Below, piece after piece: positions 1-8,076 of a DNA stretch of 64,000 nt. Origin of the DNA: a virus; IMG/VR virus record IMGVR_UViG_3300046529_000477, positions 5,225-69,224 of that record, one strand, 5' to 3'. Each line of letters opens with the position of its first letter. Position 1 is the stretch's first letter. The notes beneath the pieces were generated by a model. That model made no database searches. It saw only the letters and a list, made by a program, of their open reading frames with translations, and had not been told where the DNA came from. Made by a program: the position numbers and the translations under genes.

Positions 1-290
1 ACACTTGTATGGTCGTTTAAAGTTTCAAAATAATTACCAATTCCTTTTAATGTTAATTCAGTAAAAATCCGCATGAGATAAACAGATAATTTCCTTGCAT
101 AAACTATTTCTGTTTTTCTTGTTTTCCTTTTAATATCCGTAATTGGTATGTGTGAATACTCCGACACTGCATTAAAAATATCATTACAGGTTATATACAC
201 AACTTCGTCTTTAAGAGTTTTTCTTTTTTTGGGCGGCAAATCCCCCATATCCTTTAAACCAGGAATTGAATAAGCATTTAAGTTATACAT
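1..290 (-). CDS. DnaA C-terminal-like HTH DNA-binding protein (runs off window start)
   Basis: Hand translation from ATG at 290: ...IKGKTRKTEIVYARKIICYLMRIFTELTLKGIGNYFETLNDHTS, resembling the DnaA domain IV signature (ARQIAMYL...IG..F..RDHTTV). Confidence 0.75.
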   Translation of the reverse strand, partial: MYNLNAYSIPGLKDMGDLPPKKRKTLKDEVVYITCNDIFNAVSEYSHIPITDIKRKTRKTEIVYARKLSVYLMRIFTELTLKGIGNYFETLNDHTS

Positions 291-437
291 ATTGAAATAT
301 TTGTTTTACTTTTTTAACAGCATCAGCAATAGAAGTAGCCTTTATCCAAATTACTTGCATACCACCTTTTATTACTATAAATACCTTGTAAAAATTCACT
401 TTAAACAATTTTCTTTATAACACTTAATTCATTTATT

Positions 438-686
438 TTATTCTGCACCACAACAACAATCGGCTACATGAATAACTGAACCATCTTTAGCGAATTGCCA
501 TGCACCACATTTGCAAGTTGCAGCACGTTCAGCAAGTTCTTCTTCTCGCCTTTCTTCCATTTCTTCACGCCAATCATCTTCATCGTTATCTTCACGCCAA
601 AAAGCCTTGCAATTTTGGCAAAATCCAAGTTGTTGTTCATTTGTGTTTAATCCTATTCCGCATTCAGGACAAAATTTGTGTTTCAT
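438..686 (-). CDS. Small Cys-rich (zinc-binding) phage protein
   Basis: CPEC, CQNC, CKC and DCCC motifs flanking an acidic stretch. Confidence 0.6.
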   Translation of the reverse strand: MKHKFCPECGIGLNTNEQQLGFCQNCKAFWREDNDEDDWREEMEERREEELAERAATCKCGAWQFAKDGSVIHVADCCCGAE

Positions 687-742
687 ATAATTATAGCTTT
701 ATAATTTTTCAATAACACTTAATTTAACCAATATTGTTTTTA

Positions 743-1054
743 TCATTTGTTTTTATTATACCATTTGATAGACTCAATAAGTTTTTTATAAAAATCTTGA
801 ATTGAATGTTGGATGGTCATATTAGCCAAAGATGCTCTTATTTGCCGAAATTCGGTTAGATGAGTTACGTGATAATCAAACTCTGTGATGTCAATATTTA
901 AAAATTTATCAATAGCCGGTTTAAGCAAATCCCAAGATGATTGATATTTAAGACTACTCATTTCGTATTCATCATATTCTTTATCTTCATGATGTTGCCA
1001 TTCCATAAATTCGGCAACTATCTTATTGCTTTCTAATATCTCTTGTTTATTCAT
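743..1054 (-). CDS. Hypothetical phage protein, similar to 59911..60264
   Basis: AEFM...SSWDLLKPAIDK resembles IQFM...ESWPLLMAVVEK of 59911..60264. Confidence 0.6.
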   Translation of the reverse strand: MNKQEILESNKIVAEFMEWQHHEDKEYDEYEMSSLKYQSSWDLLKPAIDKFLNIDITEFDYHVTHLTEFRQIRASLANMTIQHSIQDFYKKLIESIKWYNKNK

Positions 1055-1130
1055 GTTTAAATCTTTTTAATAACCGACAAGTCACTATTCTTTAATTTAA
1101 CCAATACCAATCTTTTCATTGTTTATTATT

Positions 1131-1394
1131 TTAGTGTTGCTTATTTACAAGCATCATATAAAATTCACGACAATTATCTCGTTCAAAACATGAATATGTA
1201 TTGTCGATTGCCTTTTCCAAATATATACATCTTAACCGCCAATATTCGGTGCTGCCATAAATAGTGCTTTTAATTTCTTCTTTCAATTTTTCTAAGTGTG
1301 GATATTCTTTATACTTATCAGGTTTTAACTCATACTTCTTCCCTGTTTCTTCATTAACTGCATACTCCGGTTCAACTTTAATTTTTTTTATCAT
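1131..1394 (-). CDS. Hypothetical protein
   Basis: ORF packed in the leftward operon with an A-rich leader. Confidence 0.55.
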   Translation of the reverse strand: MIKKIKVEPEYAVNEETGKKYELKPDKYKEYPHLEKLKEEIKSTIYGSTEYWRLRCIYLEKAIDNTYSCFERDNCREFYMMLVNKQH

Positions 1395-1418
1395 GGTTTT
1401 ATTATTTTATCATTCGTG

Positions 1419-1643
1419 TTACATCTTTTTTATAATAGATAATTCATTACTTAATTTAACCAATACTAATCTTTCTTTTTCAAGTAGTTTTTTAAACTCT
1501 AATTTTTTTGGCGGATATACCATTTTGCCATTCATAATTCCGTATTCTATGTCCTGTAAACTTTTTTCTGAAATGTAGAAATAGCCCTTTCTCTTTAGCG
1601 GAAATTCAAACGGAAATACAGGCGGTTCTTTAATATTTTTCAT
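1419..1643 (-). CDS. Hypothetical protein
   Basis: Likely start MKNIKE overlapping the end of the upstream gene. Confidence 0.5.
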   Translation of the reverse strand: MKNIKEPPVFPFEFPLKRKGYFYISEKSLQDIEYGIMNGKMVYPPKKLEFKKLLEKERLVLVKLSNELSIIKKM

Positions 1644-1857
1644 AGCGTTTCCTTTGTTTTTCTGCAAGTGCTTGTATTTTTATGGCTTGTAAATTATCTT
1701 TAATATAGACCGCTAATTTTTGGTCAAACATTCGTTTGCCTTGTTCAGATGTATCATAAAGCCAAAGCAAATATTCACTTGGTACATTACCGAGTTTTGT
1801 GCCCTTATGTTTCCCGAAAAATATCGGTGTATCATCAGTATAGGAATCCATAATCAT
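1630..1857 (-). CDS. DUF3820-like small protein
   Basis: FGKHKGTKLGNVPSEYLLWLY motif. Confidence 0.75.
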   Translation of the reverse strand: MIMDSYTDDTPIFFGKHKGTKLGNVPSEYLLWLYDTSEQGKRMFDQKLAVYIKDNLQAIKIQALAEKQRKRYEKY

Positions 1858-2156
1858 GATTTTAAAGCATTTAAAATTATAGGTGGATAAAGCATATATT
1901 TTACCATTAGGTCGTGCATAGCTTTTCTGCCAACAAAAATTAATAATTCGCCAGTATCTGTATCTAAAACTTCAATGTAAACCATTTTATCTTTCGGATA
2001 AATTTTATGTTGCCTTGCGTGAAATATAGCTGCTGTTTCGTTGTGAGTGTACGATATTTCGTGTCTATCTTTATTCTCCCAAAAGAATTCAGTAGCATCA
2101 CAACGCATTTCTTTATCGCTTTCATAAACCATATATTGCTCTAATTTAAGTTTCAT
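1854..2156 (-). CDS. Hypothetical protein
   Basis: 4-nt ATGA overlaps with both neighbours. Confidence 0.6.
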   Translation of the reverse strand: MKLKLEQYMVYESDKEMRCDATEFFWENKDRHEISYTHNETAAIFHARQHKIYPKDKMVYIEVLDTDTGELLIFVGRKAMHDLMVKYMLYPPIILNALKS

Positions 2157-2401
2157 ATAGGCATCATTGATTTGTAAAAATCTCTTTCAGCTTTTCTTTT
2201 ATGGTAAGTAGCAGAAGCAGTTTTCGTTCTACATTTTTTGCAACACATACACCTTCCATCTGCATTTTTAGGTGTCTTTGAAAAAAGTTTAATTTCTTTT
2301 GTTTCGCCACAACTTTTACAAGTTTTAAATTCTTCTTTAAAATTGGAATAAGTCGAATGAAGCATAGCTGAAACAAATTCTGTTGGTTTGTAATTTCTCA
2401 T
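2153..2401 (-). CDS. Zinc-ribbon protein resembling the N-terminus of endonuclease VII/HNH enzymes
   Basis: KTCKSCGETK...F.K....DG...CCKKC. Confidence 0.6.
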   Translation of the reverse strand: MRNYKPTEFVSAMLHSTYSNFKEEFKTCKSCGETKEIKLFSKTPKNADGRCMCCKKCRTKTASATYHKRKAERDFYKSMMPI

Positions 2402-2961
2402 TTGTTTGAAGTTAAAAGGTCTCTTAAAGTTAAAATTCTATCATTTATTGGATACGTTTTATGTTGTACCGATTGTTCATATCTCAATTCCTGTAAGGCT
2501 TGCCATCTTTCTTCCCGATACTTTTCAAAAAATTCCATGAACTTAGGTATATCCATGCTTTCATAAAGTTTTCCATATTCGCCCCTGGTCAATTTTTGAA
2601 GAAATAGCATAACATCTTCCAAAGACAAGTTATCTTCACTGCTACTTTCTAAAATTGTTTCAGCCAAGTCAATAAGCTGATTATCAGATACTCCCCTAAC
2701 CAAATTCATTGTTTCAAAAGCCAACGTTAATCCCGCAGTCAAGACAGGCAGTATTTCTTCAACAGGTAACGCCGGAAGTCTGTTTGTTGAAGGGATTTCA
2801 AACAAAGAATCAAATTTTACAACACCATTTTGATTTTTGTATTGCTTCAACGATAGATTTATTTCAGCCTTGTTGCCGCTCTTTAATGCGTTTAGCAAGT
2901 TCGGCTTGTACTCCTTCACGGCTAAATCCGCTGTTTGTTGTACTTGAATTTGATTTTCCAT
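2398..2961 (-). CDS. Putative replication partner protein (position analogous to lambda P)
   Basis: Directly downstream of, and overlapping by 98 nt, the DUF1376-like gene; LSLEDVMLFLQK..RGEYGKLYESMD motif. Confidence 0.55.
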   Translation of the reverse strand: MENQIQVQQTADLAVKEYKPNLLNALKSGNKAEINLSLKQYKNQNGVVKFDSLFEIPSTNRLPALPVEEILPVLTAGLTLAFETMNLVRGVSDNQLIDLAETILESSSEDNLSLEDVMLFLQKLTRGEYGKLYESMDIPKFMEFFEKYREERWQALQELRYEQSVQHKTYPINDRILTLRDLLTSNK

Positions 2962-3643
2962 TGAATAAATTATTTTTAATTGGGAATAAACCTTTCCATC
3001 CTTTAGCCATACTTTGTTGAATAATTGCTATTGCTAATTCTTCATTTCCGCCCGCTAAAGAGGTTAATTCGTGTAATGCCGCTTGTTCACTTCCATCACT
3101 TTTGTATTTGAAATCATGTTGCTTGAATTTGTATTTTTTCCATTCTTCCCATAACTCATGGAATTTTCCGTTGAAGGGCATTGAAATTCTTGGAATTTTT
3201 GTCGCTTCTTCCGTTCCCATATCCAATTCCTTTTCCCTATTCCCTATCCCATACCCTTTCCCTAATGGCTTTTTTTGGGTTTTAGTTTGGGTTTTAGTTG
3301 GGTTATTTTTGGGTTTTGACTGGGTTTTAGGTCTGCCACCTCTTCTGCCATTATCTACTTGTTTATCAATGAAGTTAGAGCGTTTTGAAGTTTCCTTTTT
3401 TAATCGTTGATTTTGTATCTTATTTTCGCCAATATCAATGAATTTTTCGCATACAATACCCCAACTTTTATCAAAAGAAGTGCAAAAACGGCGTAAAAAA
3501 TCGGTATTATTTGGCAATATTCCACCACGATTAAACTGTGCTAATAAAAGCCTAACATAGCACCCTAATTCTTCATCTGTCATGTGGCGAGTGCCGCCTT
3601 CAAAATCGTTTACATAAAACGAAAAAGATGGGTTATTAGCCAT
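2864..3643 (-). CDS. DUF1376/YdaU-type phage replication initiator
   Basis: PSFSFYVNDF..GTRHMTDEELGCYVRLL N-terminus, NGRRGGRP linker, C-terminal W.EWK.YK...IIQQSMAKGWKGLF. Confidence 0.75.
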   Translation of the reverse strand: MANNPSFSFYVNDFEGGTRHMTDEELGCYVRLLLAQFNRGGILPNNTDFLRRFCTSFDKSWGIVCEKFIDIGENKIQNQRLKKETSKRSNFIDKQVDNGRRGGRPKTQSKPKNNPTKTQTKTQKKPLGKGYGIGNREKELDMGTEEATKIPRISMPFNGKFHELWEEWKKYKFKQHDFKYKSDGSEQAALHELTSLAGGNEELAIAIIQQSMAKGWKGLFPIKNNLFNGKSNSSTTNSGFSREGVQAELAKRIKERQQG

Positions 3644-3698
3644 TAATATAGATTATTTTTAAAAAGTAATGAGTGCAGACTAAAATAAAAAAACGGAA

Positions 3699-3908
3699 TT
3701 AAGCCGTTAACTTAAAATCCGTTTGTAGTGCTTCGTTAATCTTGTTAAGATTTTCTTCTGTCAGGTCTCTTTCCTTTTGAAGTACCAATGTTAAATGACT
3801 ATCTGATAAATCCAGTTTTTCAGCAAGCCATCTTTGTTTAATTCCATATTTTTTTAAATGCTCTAAAATTAAATCCCTTGCATCTTCAACTATAATTTGT
3901 TTACCCAT
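3699..3908 (-). CDS. XRE/Cro-like HTH regulator
   Basis: GIKQRWLAEKLDLSDSHLTLVLQKER helix-turn-helix; first gene of the divergent operon. Confidence 0.8.
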   Translation of the reverse strand: MGKQIIVEDARDLILEHLKKYGIKQRWLAEKLDLSDSHLTLVLQKERDLTEENLNKINEALQTDFKLTA

Positions 3909-3927
3909 AAAATTGCATATTGAAAAA

Positions 3928-4010
3928 CGAAGGTATAGGAAAGTTTATTTACAAAAAAATATTTTTTCCGAAAATATATTTTGCCATATCAAATATACTA
4001 TTTTACTTTG
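3928..4010. promoter_or_regulatory. Divergent Bacteroidota-type promoters (near-consensus)
   Basis: + strand TTTG(3980)-N19-TTACTTTG(4003-4010); - strand TACCTTCG (3935-3928); consensus is TTTG...TAnnTTTG. Confidence 0.45.
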
Positions 4011-4080
4011 TATTGTGATTAACGAAAATTGTTTGGTGTTTTTCATAGTTAGCAGTTTTTTAAATGAGTGATTAAAGTGT

Positions 4081-4117
4081 AAGCTCCTTTTGTTTTTACA
4101 ATGAGGAGCTTTATTTC
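4081..4117 (+). terminator. Intrinsic terminator
   Basis: AAGCTCCT...AGGAGCTT stem followed by TATTT. Confidence 0.6.
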
Positions 4118-4120
4118 TGA

Positions 4121-4296
4121 AAAGTTATTTGAAATTATTATAAACAAAGAGGAAATAGGAATGACCCTACGCCGGAAGGAATATGAATATTAGCTTAAGA
4201 TAGTATTAGACTTCATGAAGCATATTCAAATACGGTGGAAAAAATTGACAGCGTGGAAAGACACGCATAACTTTTAAAAAAGTTATTTGAAATTAT
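4121..4296 (+). repeat. 18-nt direct repeat AAAGTTATTTGAAATTAT (boxA-like)
   Basis: Copies at 4121-4138 and 4279-4296. Confidence 0.7.
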
Positions 4297-4303
4297 ATAG
4301 TTA

Positions 4304-4495
4304 ATGAAAGCGATTGAACAAGAAAGAGGCGTATCAAAAAAAATGATTGATGCTGAAAAGTATGTTGATGCTTATATTAAGAAGCATAATAAGCCGCCAA
4401 CATATCGAAATGTATGTCTTTACTTCAATCTTAAAAGTTCTTGTACCGCTTATAATAGATTAAAAAGATATAGGCACAAGATGAAAACAGTTTAA
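4304..4495 (+). CDS. LexA-N-terminal-like HTH protein
   Basis: YIKKHNKPPTYRNVC...S.....L..L resembles the LexA DNA-binding domain. Confidence 0.6.
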   Translation: MKAIEQERGVSKKMIDAEKYVDAYIKKHNKPPTYRNVCLYFNLKSSCTAYNRLKRYRHKMKTV

Positions 4496-4508
4496 AAAGT
4501 TCTTTTAT

Positions 4509-4817
4509 TCTATGTTGATTGGTTGGTGTGGCGAATAAACGCAAAAACAATATGATTGCGGTAGGGGAAGTCGTGAAAATACTCGTAAAGTAACGACACC
4601 GCAAAGAATTGAGTTTTATATGCAGGTAAAATGAAGTCCTGCCATCAACCACAACATAGAAAAAATAAATGTTGTGTATTGGTATGGTACAACAGAGTAC
4701 TATAATAGGTGAGTTGCAAGGAGAACCAGAAAGCCTATTCGTGAGCATGAGAACACTTGGTTAATAATCCAAAAACATGAAATTATGCTTCATTGCAACA
4801 ATCAATCACAACATAGA
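4509..4817 (+). ncRNA. Putative structured ncRNA(s), partly tRNA-like
   Basis: Nested pairings TCTATGTTG/CAACATAGA, GGTTGGTG/CATCAACC, TGCGGT/ACCGCA, GCAGG/CCTGC; second domain ATGTTGTG/CACAACAT. Confidence 0.45.
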
Positions 4818-4898
4818 TAATAAATAAAGTTAGTTAAAATGCTTTCATCAGTAGAGGTGTTTAAAAAGGTGGTTTTTTGTCTATTTAAGAACCTACCG

Positions 4899-4976
4899 GT
4901 TGGTAATAGTTTAACGGTAGAACCATCCCCCTATACGGCGGATTGCGGAGTTGGGTTCGATTCCCACTTACCAACA
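4899..4976 (+). ncRNA. tRNA-like element / pseudo-tRNA
   Basis: Acceptor stem GTTGGTA/TACCAAC, D arm TAGTTTAACGGTAGAAC, T arm TGGGTTCGATTCCCA; anticodon arm irregular. Confidence 0.6.
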
Positions 4977-5061
4977 AAAGTTTTTTCATATAGCAGGTTT
5001 AGCTTAGTCAAAAAGGCATCTATATTCTTGTAGTTGCCTAAATTTTAAAAATCAAATTTAT

Positions 5062-5268
5062 ATGAATATTAAATCAAAGTTTATATTGGTATTAATGGGA
5101 GCATTTTATTTTGGGTTTGGTGCGGGTATTAGAATCGAGGGAGGAGGCGGAATTTCTATTGTTATATGGACAACATCAATTTTAGTATGGCTTTTCATTG
5201 CACTTTTTATTTTACCCGATATAAAAGAAATTCTATTCTCAAAAAATACAGAAATCAAAAAATCATAA
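5062..5268 (+). CDS. Small two-TM membrane protein
   Basis: Two hydrophobic segments. Confidence 0.55.
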   Translation: MNIKSKFILVLMGAFYFGFGAGIRIEGGGGISIVIWTTSILVWLFIALFILPDIKEILFSKNTEIKKS

Positions 5269-5271
5269 CTC

Positions 5272-5496
5272 ATGCAATACATTTTAGCCATCTTTGGAAT
5301 ACTACTAATAATAGGTTATATTATTAGCAAGTGGATTAAGAGAAAACAAAAGCAAATAGATGATAACAATGAAGCCATCCATACCAGGAAACAAAAAGAG
5401 TTTTTTGAAGGGAAAAGTTATGACTACAAAGGGAGAAAAACAAGTGCTGATTGGGCGGAATGGTTCGATCAAACCGCCAATAGCAGTGAAAATTAA
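5272..5496 (+). CDS. Small membrane-anchored protein
   Basis: N-terminal TM followed by basic residues. Confidence 0.55.
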   Translation: MQYILAIFGILLIIGYIISKWIKRKQKQIDDNNEAIHTRKQKEFFEGKSYDYKGRKTSADWAEWFDQTANSSEN

Positions 5497-5510
5497 AACC
5501 AAAATAATCC

Positions 5511-6002
5511 ATGTCAATAGAATCCATAAGACTACTGAAGGCACAAGCATTAATACCTAAACAGAGAAGGATTTATACAATTCCCAAAAAATCTGCAAAA
5601 AAAATAGCACAAGAAAAAGAACAAAAACAAAACAATTCAGATGAAGGAATGGATAAGTTCTTTGAGAGAATGAGAAAACGAATGATTGGGATTTGTCAGT
5701 GTGGTTGTGCTGAAAAAAGCCAAAAAGACGATGATACTTTTTACCGTAACTGCATTTGCCATATCTTTCCAAAAAGAATTTTTAAGTCAATAGCAACACA
5801 TGAACTTAATTGGGTGGAAAGAAGTTTTTGGAATGGACATCATACGAATATGGATAACAGAAGTATTGAACTATGGAAAAACTTTGCAGACTTTGACGAT
5901 ATAAAAGAGAAGTTCTATATGCTTGCGCCTTTATTGACCGAAGAAGAAAGAAAGACAAAATTTTACCACAATCTTGAAAATATAGTGTATGAAAGAATTT
6001 GA
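5511..6002 (+). CDS. NinG/HNH-like nuclease-fold protein
   Basis: ICQCGC...ICHIFPKR..KSIATHELNW......HH. Confidence 0.55.
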   Translation: MSIESIRLLKAQALIPKQRRIYTIPKKSAKKIAQEKEQKQNNSDEGMDKFFERMRKRMIGICQCGCAEKSQKDDDTFYRNCICHIFPKRIFKSIATHELNWVERSFWNGHHTNMDNRSIELWKNFADFDDIKEKFYMLAPLLTEEERKTKFYHNLENIVYERI

Positions 6003-6207
6003 AATTTGGGTTGAAGGATATGCGGTTACAGGTAATCGAGAAAAAGCATCTTTATTAGGTAAAGAAATTGCAGAAACTTGGGATGAGGCGGTTTGTGCGT
6101 ATATGAATAAAAATCCAGACAGAATAAGAAAAGATTTTAGAGGATATACTAATTGGGGTTGTAGATTATTTGATAACGAAACTGATGCGAGAAAATCATT
6201 TGGATAA
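5989..6207 (+). CDS. Conserved hypothetical phage protein
   Basis: EIWVEGY..TG...WGCRLFDNE.DARKSFG. Confidence 0.6.
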   Translation: MKEFEIWVEGYAVTGNREKASLLGKEIAETWDEAVCAYMNKNPDRIRKDFRGYTNWGCRLFDNETDARKSFG

Positions 6208-6222
6208 ATTAAATAAATAAAA

Positions 6223-6915
6223 ATGTTATCAATCTGTATCCCAACTTATAACCGCTTTGAAATGACTATTCAATGCTTTGAACAAATACTTTACGATGAT
6301 AGAGTAGATGAAATAGTTATTTCAGACGATTGCTCTGATGATGGCAGTTATGAAAGATTAGTAAACCATTTTAAGTATGATACCAAAGTAAAATTATATA
6401 GAAATGAAACTAATTTGGATTGTTATTTTAATAAGAAACGAGCTATCGAATTAGCTTCTAATAACTGGTGCATATTAGCAGATAGTGATAATATATTTGC
6501 CATTGATTATTTAGATAGAATATTTGACTATGCATGGAGTGATAACATTATTCTAACCCCTTCTTTTGCGTTTCCTAATTTTAATTTTGAAGCATTTAGC
6601 GACCTTCTAATATCGAAAAGAAATGTATCAAATTATGTTGATGAGCCACTATTTGAAACTATGCTCAATGCAAGTAATTTCCTTATAAATAGACAATCAT
6701 ATTTACAAACGTGGAAAGCAGATATTAATCCTGTTACAAGTGATAGTATTTGGTTTACTTATAATTGGCTTAAAGATGGAAAACAGATATACGTAGTACC
6801 AAATTTATCATACTTCCATAGGGTTCATGAAGGTTCACATTACAAAAATAACGTAGCAAAAACACCAATAGGATTACACGAAAATATTTTAGAACAATTA
6901 AGAGAATTAAGATAG
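6223..6915 (+). CDS. Glycosyltransferase family 2
   Basis: SICIPTYNR, EIVISDDCSDDG and ILADSD GT-A motifs. Confidence 0.9.
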   Translation: MLSICIPTYNRFEMTIQCFEQILYDDRVDEIVISDDCSDDGSYERLVNHFKYDTKVKLYRNETNLDCYFNKKRAIELASNNWCILADSDNIFAIDYLDRIFDYAWSDNIILTPSFAFPNFNFEAFSDLLISKRNVSNYVDEPLFETMLNASNFLINRQSYLQTWKADINPVTSDSIWFTYNWLKDGKQIYVVPNLSYFHRVHEGSHYKNNVAKTPIGLHENILEQLRELR

Positions 6916-6917
6916 AT

Positions 6918-7664
6918 ATGGTTTCATGGAGAAATTTCGGTAGATTAGGTAATACACATTTCCAGGCAGCTACTTGTATTTCTTATGCATTAAAGTATGG
7001 ATTGGAATATTCAGCACCAAATTGGACTTCTGATAATTATTGGTCGCCTCTATATTTTAAACATTTGATTCACCCAAAATATAATAAAAGAGAAGATGTT
7101 CTAATAAATGAAAGTTGCCATGAATATCAAGAGTTACCTTATAAACCGGAATGGGAGAATTTAAATATAGTGCTTAACGGTTATTTTCAAAGTTGGAAAT
7201 ACATAGATGAATATAGAAATGAGATAATAAAAGCCTTTAATTATCCTTATGAAATGAAAGAAGGCATTTGCTCAATTCATGCAAGATTTGGAGACTATTT
7301 AAATCTTCCAAAAAAACACATATTGATTGATAAGGATTATTTACTTGAAGCAATGAATTATGTTTATGAGCGAACTGGTTCAGAAAGATTTAAAGTATTT
7401 TCAGATGATTTAAATTACTTCAAATCCAATTTCGGGCAACTACATAATTTTACTTATAGCACTAATAATGATATTGTAGAAGATTTAATAGAAATAAGTT
7501 GCTGCCAAGATAACATCGGTTCATCAAGTACGTTTTCTTGGTGGGGTGCATGGCTAAATCAAAATCAAGAAAAGATAGTCATTACTCAATCTAAATGGTT
7601 TCAAGATGGGTGGGGAGACTTAGAAACTAAAGATATAATTCCTTCAAATTGGATTAAGATATGA
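6918..7664 (+). CDS. Glycosyltransferase family 11 (alpha-1,2-fucosyltransferase-like)
   Basis: GRLGN..FQ, GYFQSWKY, SIHARFGDY, VFSDD and STFSWWGAWL motifs. Confidence 0.9.
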   Translation: MVSWRNFGRLGNTHFQAATCISYALKYGLEYSAPNWTSDNYWSPLYFKHLIHPKYNKREDVLINESCHEYQELPYKPEWENLNIVLNGYFQSWKYIDEYRNEIIKAFNYPYEMKEGICSIHARFGDYLNLPKKHILIDKDYLLEAMNYVYERTGSERFKVFSDDLNYFKSNFGQLHNFTYSTNNDIVEDLIEISCCQDNIGSSSTFSWWGAWLNQNQEKIVITQSKWFQDGWGDLETKDIIPSNWIKI

Positions 7665-7873
7665 GCAAATTTATTGATTACGATTTTGAAATGAGTTGGT
7701 TATACCATTGTGGATTAAAGATGAATTCTATTGATGTTTATGATTTAAAAGATGGAGAAATAAGAAACATTAATGAAAGCACAGACAAAGATTATGATGG
7801 TGATTTGGGAGTGGATAATAAAAGAAATGGATATTATTTCATGGGTGGTAAATGGAGACCTTTAATGCAATGA
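7661..7873 (+). CDS. Hypothetical protein
   Basis: ATGA overlap with the GT11 gene. Confidence 0.5.
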   Translation: MSKFIDYDFEMSWLYHCGLKMNSIDVYDLKDGEIRNINESTDKDYDGDLGVDNKRNGYYFMGGKWRPLMQ

Positions 7874-8076
7874 TTTACGAGTTCAAAAAAGCAATTCCGG
7901 TTATAGTGGAAGATGGAAAAGAAGGCTATGCAATCTATATAGAAAGCGGTGGTATGTTTGAAAACGATTGTTGGACTGTTGTTCATTGTGATGGTGGAAT
8001 AGTAAGACATTATACCACAGATGAAATTAGGATTCACCATAACAGCACTTATAAAATAATTAAAAAAGAAAAATGA
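7852..8076 (+). CDS. Hypothetical protein
   Basis: Operon-packed; GYAIYIESGG.FENDCWTV; start may be 7870. Confidence 0.6.
   Translation: METFNAMIYEFKKAIPVIVEDGKEGYAIYIESGGMFENDCWTVVHCDGGIVRHYTTDEIRIHHNSTYKIIKKEK

Noticed and set aside
4839-5033. 64-aa ORF
   Set aside because: Overlaps the tRNA-like element and has no protein-like features
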